Part shown: positions 1 to 7,650 of the stretch, in pieces
Position numbering within the stretch: position 1 is the first letter of the stretch
Layout of the letters: every line of letters begins with the position of its first letter
From: Minisyncoccota bacterium
Lineage (GTDB): Bacteria; Patescibacteriota; Minisyncoccia; Phycocordibacterales; WO2-35-19
Length of the DNA stretch: 56,792 nucleotides
NCBI GenBank assembly: GCA_041664625.1
Contig: JBAYKK010000005.1
Location: 1 to 56,792, forward strand
Reading direction: 5' to 3'
Notes under the pieces: model-generated
The model's database searches: none
The model's input: the letters and a program-made list of their open reading frames with translations, nothing else
Told to the model about the DNA's origin: nothing
Translations under genes and position numbers: made by a program

Positions 1-230
1 CTTCTTTTTAACATTCTTGATCCTTGTGTAGTTTTTAGATAACCTTCTCTCCTTTTGGCGTCCTTCTCATTCACACAAGCTTCGTAATACACCAGTTTCC
101 ATGGTCTATATCTTTTTGTAGAAGGAGTTAAACCTTGATTATGTTCTCTTACCCTATTTTTTAAATCAGAAGTAAAACCAATATATGTTTCGTCGTAATT
201 TTCACTTTGCAAAAAATACGTGTAGAACAT
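1..230 (-). CDS. GIY-YIG nuclease family protein (3' end runs off the window start)
   Basis: Own translation from ATG at 230 (alternative ATG at 239): MFYTYFLQSENYDETYIGFTSDLKNRVREHNQG...WKLVYYE...AKRREGYLK, the small standalone GIY-YIG pattern. Confidence 0.85.
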   Translation of the reverse strand, partial: MFYTYFLQSENYDETYIGFTSDLKNRVREHNQGLTPSTKRYRPWKLVYYEACVNEKDAKRREGYLKTTQGSRMLKR

Positions 231-270
231 ACTTCGCATTCTACCCTATCACCTCTTTATCTCCAAATAG

Positions 271-299
271 TTGATATTTAGACGGGTTTGTTATATAAA
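271..299 (+). promoter_or_regulatory. sigma70-like promoter for the small ORF at 324
   Basis: TTGATA-N17-TATAAA. Confidence 0.45.
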
Positions 300-323
300 A
301 TACTGCAGAAAGAGAGGTGAAAA

Positions 324-473
324 GTGACAGGTTTTTTCATTGGAATAGCATTTGTTTGCGGAGTGGAAACCTTTATAAGGTTTTTTGCTCCAACAACAAA
401 AGAAACGGAAGGGCTGCAGATTCGGGGTATCTTGACAATTGTGTCCGTATTCGCAGCAATCCTTTCTGCGTAA
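324..473 (+). CDS. Small (49 aa) two-helix membrane protein, absent from the ORF track
   Basis: GTG start after GAGGTG; VTGFFIGIAFVCGVETFIRFFAPTTKETEGLQIRGILTIVSVFAAILSA; upstream promoter and downstream terminator. Confidence 0.5.
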   Translation: MTGFFIGIAFVCGVETFIRFFAPTTKETEGLQIRGILTIVSVFAAILSA

Positions 474-480
474 TAAGAAA

Positions 481-507
481 GCCCCGCCGAGCAAAACTCG
501 GCGGGGC
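481..507. terminator. Bidirectional intrinsic terminator between the small ORF and rplL
   Basis: GCCCCGCCGAG-CAAAA-CTCGGCGGGGC, perfect 11-bp stem. Confidence 0.8.
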
Positions 508-535
508 AATCTGTTTTTATATTTTTTAAATAAAA

Positions 536-937
536 TTATTTCAAGTTTACCTTTCCCCCCGCGTCTTCAATAGATTTCTTCAAAGCTTCTGCTTCTTCTT
601 TCTTCATGTTTTCAACCAAAACTACTGGAGCAGCATCGACTTTGTCTTTGGCATCTTTGAGACCCAAAGCCAAAACTTCTTTCACCACTTTGATGATAGC
701 GATTTTTTGAGCACCAGCATCTACCAATTCAACAGTGAAGGTTGATTTTTCTTCCTTTGCCTCGCCGGAGCTTCCAGCGGAGGCGGGAGCAGCAACGGCT
801 GTTGCACTTACACCAAACTTACCTTCAAAAACTTTTACTAATTCGTTCAAATCCAAAACTGACATTTTTTCAATTTCTTCTACGATTTTGGCAAATTTTG
901 CCGGTACTACTGTTTCTTCTTTTTTTACTTCATCCAT
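536..937 (-). CDS. rplL: 50S ribosomal protein L7/L12
   Basis: MSVLDLNELVK...FGVSA...FTVELVDAG..KIAIIKVVKE..ALGLKDAKDKVD; carries a short palindromic in-frame insert in the hinge. Confidence 0.98.
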   Translation of the reverse strand: MDEVKKEETVVPAKFAKIVEEIEKMSVLDLNELVKVFEGKFGVSATAVAAPASAGSSGEAKEEKSTFTVELVDAGAQKIAIIKVVKEVLALGLKDAKDKVDAAPVVLVENMKKEEAEALKKSIEDAGGKVNLK

Positions 938-970
938 GATTTTTAATTTAATGATTAATTTTTTCCTCTT

Positions 971-1011
971 CCCCTCTCCTTCGCAAGGAGAGGGGCTAGG
1001 GGTGAGGTCGT
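971..1011. repeat. CCCCTCTCC-type palindromic repeat (second copy inside tsaE, 53829-53869)
   Basis: CCCCTCTCCTTCGCAAGGAGAGGGG hairpin plus GGGGTGAGGTC tail; 39/41 identical to the tsaE copy. Confidence 0.9.
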
Positions 1012-1014
1012 TTT

Positions 1015-1503
1015 TTAGTTTTTCTTTTCAGCTATCTGATTAAGAGCGATAGCAAATCTCTGTATTGGTGAGTTTATAACGTTGACAAACATACCACGCA
1101 AAACATCCAAAGATGGGATGGAGGCGATATTCATCATTTCAGTTTTTGATTTGTATTCACCATCAAAAATCCCGCCCAAGATCGAAATCTTGTCGTTTAG
1201 ACTTTTTTGAAAATTGTAAATACTCCTAGCTGGCGCGATGACATCTTCACCATAAACCACTGCCAATTCCCCATCCAAAGATGGGAGCTCACCTTTTATG
1301 CCGGCGCTAGTCAAAACTCTTTTGAAAAGAGATTTTTTGGCGACCACATAACCGACGTCTTCAGTCTTCAAAGATTTCCTGATGAGCGAAACATCTTTGA
1401 CCAAAAGTTTGTTGAACTGCACGAATACTATCGATTTGGATTTGGCCAAGACCTTTTCCAAATTAGCTATAATTTCTTGCTTTTTTTCTTTTGTAATTGC
1501 CAT
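1015..1503 (-). CDS. rplJ: 50S ribosomal protein L10
   Basis: MAITKEKK...VAKKSLFKR...ILGGIFDGE...IASIPSLDVLRGMFVNVINSPIQRF; upstream of rplL. Confidence 0.97.
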   Translation of the reverse strand: MAITKEKKQEIIANLEKVLAKSKSIVFVQFNKLLVKDVSLIRKSLKTEDVGYVVAKKSLFKRVLTSAGIKGELPSLDGELAVVYGEDVIAPARSIYNFQKSLNDKISILGGIFDGEYKSKTEMMNIASIPSLDVLRGMFVNVINSPIQRFAIALNQIAEKKN

Positions 1504-1519
1504 TTTGATAGATCAAAAT

Positions 1520-1606
1520 TAGGAAATAAAAAATCGACCACACGGCCGACAAAGCGAGATAAACTCCTATACAGGACTTATTGATGCCTGTAGTCTTCGA
1601 AGCCGT
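1520..1606 (-). promoter_or_regulatory. Probable L10 leader (autogenous L10-L12 binding RNA)
   Basis: Minus strand GAAGACTACAGG...AAGTCCTGTATAGG directly 5' of rplJ, resembling the L10 leader core. Confidence 0.6.
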
Positions 1607-1641
1607 TATTTGAAGAATACTCTTTTTATGAAATTTGTCAA

Positions 1642-1709
1642 CCCAGTAGTAGATTTTGGCATTGCACTGAAAGTGCATAGTAAAACTAATGCCAAAATTC
1701 ACTACTGGG
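1642..1709 (+). repeat. GTAG-type REP-like palindrome, copy 1 of 6
   Basis: GTAGTAGATTTTGGCATT...AATGCCAAAATTCACTAC. Confidence 0.9.
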
Positions 1710-1714
1710 TCAAC

Positions 1715-3010
1715 TTATCTAAACAAATCTACAAAAAAATTAAAAAAACGACTTGCAACACCAGTTTTTTTAGGCACTTCATAGATCACATTTTCCTGTG
1801 GCATATCCGAGCTTGGATCGGAGACGGCAGTTGTTTCTTTCTGTGGCTTGTCAAAGCTTGCGACAGAGGCAACTACTTTATTTTCAATTTTACTTTGTAT
1901 TATCAAAGCTTCATTTTTTATGTTTTGTATATTTTTAGAAATTTCCGTTGGGTTTATTGTTTCGACAGGAGCAACAGCAAAAACCATTTCACCTGTAGCG
2001 TTTTTGAGGCAAGTGCCCAAGCTGTTGTCAAAACCTTTCATTTTCAAAAGACTTTTATCGAGTTTGAAAGAAGATTTTGCTAAAACGATCGTGTTGGGTT
2101 GGAAGACAAAACCTTTGCCTTGATTTTCAATTTTCCAATTAAACAAGTTTATTTCGGTATTGCCTTTATTTAAAATTTCCAAATACTCCCCCATATCAGA
2201 AACAGTTATATCTGAAGAGGATACTTTCACCTTGAGCCGACTGACCGAAAATATGTCCCCTGCTCTGGCGCTCAAAACCACCACTAAATCGCCAGCGTAT
2301 TTGTAAGTATGGCTGACCAGTGATCCGACACCAACATTGCCGTCACCAAAAGACCAGTTTAATTCTGGACTAACTCCGGTAGTATTTTTTTTGATGGTAG
2401 CTTGAAACCAGATTGGGCTACCTGGTGAGGTTGTCCGATCGACACCAGCCAAAATTTCTAATTGAGCACTCAAAGAGGAAACTTTTTCAGTAGTGCCACT
2501 ACCAGAGCCCGAAGAAGAGTTGGTCGAAACCCCCAACACTTCCCCAGTGTTGTTGATGTCAGTATTCCCAGATGCTTCAGAAGAAACTATTATTTGCTGA
2601 CTTGTATCAAGCTCTATACCTGTATCTCTACCTCTGATATTTACTGTGATAATGAAAGTCCCCTCTTTAGAATCTTTGTAATAAAAAGTTTTATTAGCTG
2701 TATTTTTGCTCATATAAGTAGTAGCTGGGTTGCCAGTACTACCCAAAAATTCGCCCGTAGGCGAAGTAGAAATAAATTGGATGTCTAAAGTTTCTGGAGT
2801 TTGGATCGGATTGCCACCAGCATCTTGAGATTGGACAGTTATGGGGCCAGAGAGAGTATCGGGTTTGATTGATTGCGGATCGGTAGTAAATATTATTTTT
2901 TCTACCCCAGAGGCATAAGCTGAAGCGGCGTACATTATCATCAAACTGATTGCTACAATAACCAAAAATCCTAAAGTGAATCTGAAAAAAGTCTTATCAA
3001 AATATCGCAT
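1715..3010 (-). CDS. Membrane-anchored/secreted protein with PKD domain and lamin-tail-like domain
   Basis: N-terminal TM; PKD signature WSFGDG...VSHTYKYAG; YLEILNKGNTEINLFNWKI lamin-tail-like motif. Confidence 0.75.
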   Translation of the reverse strand: MRYFDKTFFRFTLGFLVIVAISLMIMYAASAYASGVEKIIFTTDPQSIKPDTLSGPITVQSQDAGGNPIQTPETLDIQFISTSPTGEFLGSTGNPATTYMSKNTANKTFYYKDSKEGTFIITVNIRGRDTGIELDTSQQIIVSSEASGNTDINNTGEVLGVSTNSSSGSGSGTTEKVSSLSAQLEILAGVDRTTSPGSPIWFQATIKKNTTGVSPELNWSFGDGNVGVGSLVSHTYKYAGDLVVVLSARAGDIFSVSRLKVKVSSSDITVSDMGEYLEILNKGNTEINLFNWKIENQGKGFVFQPNTIVLAKSSFKLDKSLLKMKGFDNSLGTCLKNATGEMVFAVAPVETINPTEISKNIQNIKNEALIIQSKIENKVVASVASFDKPQKETTAVSDPSSDMPQENVIYEVPKKTGVASRFFNFFVDLFR

Positions 3011-3034
3011 ATGTTTATGATATCAAACCGTATT

Positions 3035-3427
3035 TTATTTCACCACCATAGGTGGATTAGAGGTGCGGACTCGAGAAGAAATGAATTCCATAATTTTAGC
3101 GACAATAATTCCTGAGACGAAGAAGACAGCTGACCAAAGCCATATCGATGTTCCTGATTCGATATAATACAGAAAATATAATACTGGAATAACTGAAATA
3201 ACTGACCATAACCATTTCCTACCCTTTCCAAATAAACCAAATAGAAAGGTAGACAAGAAAAGATATGTGAATGGAAAACCATTTGCAAAATGAGCAAAAT
3301 CTTCAGTTACAAACCAGCTTCCGTAATTATTAAATATCATTTTGTAAACGATACCATTTGCAATTGGTATGGCAAGAAATGATGATAAGACTATTAAGAC
3401 AATAATTAGTAAAATGTTTCTTTTCAT
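3035..3427 (-). CDS. Small integral membrane protein
   Basis: 130 aa, about four hydrophobic segments; starts 3 bp after the stop of the large upstream gene. Confidence 0.75.
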   Translation of the reverse strand: MKRNILLIIVLIVLSSFLAIPIANGIVYKMIFNNYGSWFVTEDFAHFANGFPFTYLFLSTFLFGLFGKGRKWLWSVISVIPVLYFLYYIESGTSIWLWSAVFFVSGIIVAKIMEFISSRVRTSNPPMVVK

Positions 3428-3430
3428 AAA

Positions 3431-6400
3431 TTAATTGTTATTGATAATATATATTAAATCATTTTTCAAAAGATCTCGAGCCTCAACTGTTATCTTGTTT
3501 TTCTTTAGAAGGAAATCGAGTTCCTTTTCAATCAGCTTGATGATAATTTTATCTACTCTTTTTTCATATTTTCCGTTTCTCTTTTTCTCAAATTTGATGA
3601 TTAGTTTGGCCTCCTTTATAAGACCATCTCTCGTCTTTTTATCCTTAATCCAACCAAGGATGTAGGCCTCATTAATATCTGTAATCAAAGTATCCAATGT
3701 AACCACTCTTTCAACTTTTATATTTTCTGGATTTTGATTATCCAGATTTAAAGACAAATCAGTAATTTGATTAGGTGTGATAACTCCTGAAGTTTCCGCT
3801 GTAGCCGAGGTCTGATCAGATATGTAAGTAGTTTCAAAACTATATGATCCACCACCGTCCGTTCCCTGCAATTGAATCTTGTATTCTCCGTCTAGTGGAT
3901 CGGGAATCGTCAAATATTCATCATCAGTATTGAAGCCAGAATAAAACGCCCCCGGAATTTCATTGATTTCATTACCTGTTACAAAATCTTTACCAATTCT
4001 CTTCCCGTCGGGAGCGATTACTACAAAATCAGCCGGGGAAAATATTTTGGCAAATAGAATCTTTAGAGGTAAAGAGGTTTTGACTGGGTCAACCATTTCT
4101 CCCCCATTTATTTCAGTAAATATTTCTTCTTCCGCATCAGTTGGCAGGTTTATGTGACCAGATGGTAGTCTCATATCAATAGAATTGCTAATTGATGCGC
4201 TAACAATAGGTACAGTACCATCACCCGAACCCATTATTAATCCTTTATCTCCAGAACTTTTGTCATAATTTTCAGGATATCCGTGTTCCCAAAGGGGAAG
4301 TTTGTTTGAATCAACAACTCGAATACCTGTTATGGTACTTTCTGTGTCTGATATTATATTCAAAATATCTATATCAGATTCTAGGAAGGCGACAAGTCCT
4401 TGTTTAAGATTTTCAAGAAAATCATTTTTAGGATAACCTATCGGGTAATTTAGAGTTTGATTGGTTGTGACTTCTTGAAGATAGTTTGAAATTGGTAGCA
4501 ATTCTTGAGCAGAAATAATGGGCCATTGATGGATATAATCAAAAAGATTATCATATCCGAGTTTTTTTGCTTCTTTTTCATAATGAGATTTTATAAAGCC
4601 ATCAATCATACCAGGCGGAAATTCGCCCGCTTCCCAAATCAAATAATCTTTGGGCGCTCCTTGGTGAGGAGTGCCAAGGAAAATCAATTGGTCAATGTCA
4701 TTTTCATAACCACCAGATTGGGCATAACTTCTCGCCACAAGTCCTCCCATTGAATGAGCTATTATATCAACTTGGTTACAATCGCAAATATTTTTGATCG
4801 AATCAATTTTTTGTTTAAGAAGTGCTGCTGTTTCAATGTTTGAATTTTTCCAATCATATCCAAAAGGAAAAAGGCTTTCTCCACGAACATAGCCGTTGTT
4901 TTCCAAAGTTTCAATCAAGTTATCGTAAACATGAAAAATCGGATCAATAGTCCAAACCCCATCTTTATATACACTCCCCATAATCCCCGGGATGATGATG
5001 ACTGGGTTGATTGTTGGCTCTTCGATGACTACAGGAGGCCAAGCGCCTAGGAATGGAGTGTACAAAACATTGTCGGTTATCATGGTTCCTGAACCAGTTG
5101 GTGTGCCAACATAGGTATTATTTGGTCCATCGGCACTTCCCCACCAGTTGTCCCGAGCATCAATAATTTGAAGAGGCTTAGTTTCCCACCACCAACCCAA
5201 ATCTTTGCCACTATCGTTATAAACTCCATAACCAGTCATAACCAAACTTGATTGTGAAATAGTAGCGGCACCTCCTCGAGACCAAAGCCCATTATCACCA
5301 ACCAATTCACTCTTACTTATTGTGGTAGTCCCAGCATCTTGATAAATCGCCGCTCCACTGTTGTATTTAAGTATTGAATTTGAAATTGAAAGGTTCGCTC
5401 CTCTTTGATAAATAGTGGCGGCAACTCCGGCCAAATATTCGCCATTCCAATTGAAACCACCATAACCTAGCGTCACATAATCAAACTCGGCGTTTGAACC
5501 ATTTTCCAAAAATATTGAGGCCCAATTTCTCGGAGCTGGAGTGGTGGCGTCACCATCGCCGTTAGTGTCACCCCCAATCGAATCGTCTTTCAAAGAAGTG
5601 ATGTAGATTTTATTTTCGGCAGTGCCTTTGGCAATCAAGTTGCCACCTTGGACATTTATGGAACCATTGGTATATCTGTCCTCCATTTTTATAATCACCC
5701 CCGGTTCTATAGTCAGAGTAATGCCTGCAGGAATCACAAGGTATTCAATAATATACGGCAAATCGCCAGCACTCAAAGTGGTGTCTTGAGACAAGACACC
5801 ATTAATTCCAAATGCTTTCCTTTTAATATCAGAGCTGGTGTTGCCCGAATGAATAAACTCTTTGGAAGCTTCAATCATACCCGTCCTATCGTTACCAGAA
5901 AAAACATTATTTGTAAGAGTGAGCTTCCCTGGGCCGTAGGCAGAAATACCGTAACCAGGGCCATACCCAGTGCCATCAACATTGTTTCTGATTTCGTTGT
6001 TTGAAATGGTGACATCACCCGAGTCAATGCGTACCCCGACTATATTATTTTCAATAATTGAATGGGTAAGGGAAAGGGTGCCGCTTATATTATAAATCCC
6101 ATTACCTGCCGACATCTGCCCCCCTGCCCCATTTGAAGTTATTCTGAAATTTTCATGTATGTATGAATTTTTTATATCTACTGTGCCGCCATCATTTTCG
6201 ATACTTACATAATCTCCATAGCCGTAACCACCATAACCCGCATATGAAAAATCAATGTATTCCAAAATTCCCTCCGAGCCCGGTTTGAAATATAATCCTT
6301 GCCACTCGCCAGGACTACTGACACTAGGGCCCGTTCCATCGGTGTCTCCACCAACTTCGTCATTCCAAAAAGAGGTGAAATAAACTGGTTGATTCTCGGT

Positions 6401-6649
6401 ACCACGAGCAATGAGCTTGCCATAAATACTTGGCCCGCCCATTGCCGTGGTCTTTGCTTTTATCATAGTACCTGGTTCTATGGTCAATGTAGCACCAGAA
6501 GCGACAGAAAAATAACTGTCAATAATATAAACTCCACCCGAAGGCGACCACGTAGCATCAGAAGTTATTGGACTGGAGATGGTGGTGTCGGCGAAGGCGA
6601 ATACCGGGATGAGCACAAAAAATAAAACCAAAAAAACAACCTTTTTCAT
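3431..6649 (-). CDS. Large secreted protein: beta-helix repeats plus alpha/beta-hydrolase (PGAP1/LCAT-like lipase) domain
   Basis: Signal peptide MKKVVFLVLFFVLIPVFAFA (start 6649 preferred to 6697); duplicated FTS..DD..GGDT motif; PVIIIPGIMGS, FPFGYDW, AHSMGGL nucleophile elbow, LGTPHQG, GDGTVP. Confidence 0.85.
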   Translation of the reverse strand: MKKVVFLVLFFVLIPVFAFADTTISSPITSDATWSPSGGVYIIDSYFSVASGATLTIEPGTMIKAKTTAMGGPSIYGKLIARGTENQPVYFTSFWNDEVGGDTDGTGPSVSSPGEWQGLYFKPGSEGILEYIDFSYAGYGGYGYGDYVSIENDGGTVDIKNSYIHENFRITSNGAGGQMSAGNGIYNISGTLSLTHSIIENNIVGVRIDSGDVTISNNEIRNNVDGTGYGPGYGISAYGPGKLTLTNNVFSGNDRTGMIEASKEFIHSGNTSSDIKRKAFGINGVLSQDTTLSAGDLPYIIEYLVIPAGITLTIEPGVIIKMEDRYTNGSINVQGGNLIAKGTAENKIYITSLKDDSIGGDTNGDGDATTPAPRNWASIFLENGSNAEFDYVTLGYGGFNWNGEYLAGVAATIYQRGANLSISNSILKYNSGAAIYQDAGTTTISKSELVGDNGLWSRGGAATISQSSLVMTGYGVYNDSGKDLGWWWETKPLQIIDARDNWWGSADGPNNTYVGTPTGSGTMITDNVLYTPFLGAWPPVVIEEPTINPVIIIPGIMGSVYKDGVWTIDPIFHVYDNLIETLENNGYVRGESLFPFGYDWKNSNIETAALLKQKIDSIKNICDCNQVDIIAHSMGGLVARSYAQSGGYENDIDQLIFLGTPHQGAPKDYLIWEAGEFPPGMIDGFIKSHYEKEAKKLGYDNLFDYIHQWPIISAQELLPISNYLQEVTTNQTLNYPIGYPKNDFLENLKQGLVAFLESDIDILNIISDTESTITGIRVVDSNKLPLWEHGYPENYDKSSGDKGLIMGSGDGTVPIVSASISNSIDMRLPSGHINLPTDAEEEIFTEINGGEMVDPVKTSLPLKILFAKIFSPADFVVIAPDGKRIGKDFVTGNEINEIPGAFYSGFNTDDEYLTIPDPLDGEYKIQLQGTDGGGSYSFETTYISDQTSATAETSGVITPNQITDLSLNLDNQNPENIKVERVVTLDTLITDINEAYILGWIKDKKTRDGLIKEAKLIIKFEKKRNGKYEKRVDKIIIKLIEKELDFLLKKNKITVEARDLLKNDLIYIINNN

Positions 6650-6791
6650 CGTGTTAGAAATATGAAATTTTATTCCCATAATTAATATTAAACACATGAG
6701 CCTCGATAGTGATTTCTAACGGGATTCATAAAATGATTTTATCATTTTGCTGTGAACAGCCTGTTAACACATTGGGGATAAACTCTCTAAT

Positions 6792-6810
6792 TCCAAGGAC
6801 AGTCCTTGGA
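6792..6810. repeat. Palindrome at the 3' end of the HUH transposase
   Basis: TCCAAGGAC-A-GTCCTTGGA. Confidence 0.85.
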
Positions 6811-6812
6811 CT

Positions 6813-7481
6813 TTATAGCGTATATTTTTCAATGCCATTCTTAAATGCTAACCAAAAACCTATAAAATCATCAAAATTTTTTGTATTCTCAAAATATTCT
6901 GGGAAAGCTTCTTTATTCAAAACACTTGCTTCTTGCCTATCTTCTAAATAATCTAAATAACTTGAATGTTTATAAGAATTTAAAAATATTTTTGATTGAG
7001 CAAAGTCTTGAATACCTTTTTCTTTCCAGTTTTTGTCTGTTAGTTTTATTGGGTTTAGGTGTACATAAGAGAAGAGATATTTTAAATATTCATCTCTACC
7101 CGCATGTTGTGCTTTAAATGGGCCTTGGAATAAGGACCCACTTCGCTTGTATTTTTTATTAAAATACATAGCGTAAGCGGTTTGAAGTTTTTTCATAAAA
7201 GAGCTGACTCCCTCATCATTTTTGGCTCTAATAAGTAGGTGGAAATGATTCGGCATTAAACAATATGCCCCAATATTAACTACCGTTTCTCCCCTATCAT
7301 AAGAAAAACGATCTTTTTTGGAAACCATTTTTAAAACAATTCTTTCCTCTGAATTAAACAAATATAAAGATTCAACAAATCTTGTATAATCTTTTGGATC
7401 AATAAAAATATCTCTTTTGTCAGTACCGCGATTGTATACGTGGTAATACTCATCTGGAGCAAATTTGAATTCTCTATACAT
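6813..7481 (-). mobile_element. REP-associated (RAYT/IS200-like Y1) HUH transposase
   Basis: YYHVYNRG, YCLMPNHFHLL (HUH), YAMYFNKKYKRSGSLFQG, YVHLNP; ATG at 7481 preferred. Confidence 0.9.
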
Positions 7482-7500
7482 AAAATAATAATAGCAAACT

Positions 7501-7519
7501 TCCAAGGACTGTCCTTAGA
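7501..7519. repeat. Palindrome at the 5' end of the HUH transposase
   Basis: TCCAAGGAC-T-GTCCTTAGA; 18/19 match to the reverse complement of 6792-6810. Confidence 0.85.
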
Positions 7520-7560
7520 AGTTTATGGGAATAAATAAAATATAAGTTAAAATAAGCAAA

Positions 7561-7586
7561 CAAAAACCACCCGAAGGTGGTTTTTG
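7561..7586. terminator. Intrinsic terminator downstream of the surface protein gene
   Basis: CAAAAACCACC-CGAA-GGTGGTTTTTG. Confidence 0.85.
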
Positions 7587-7650
7587 TTTAGTCAGACCTT
7601 ATGTTAATCCTTTCGGAAAAACATACGGTTCACAAGAGACTAGATTTAAC

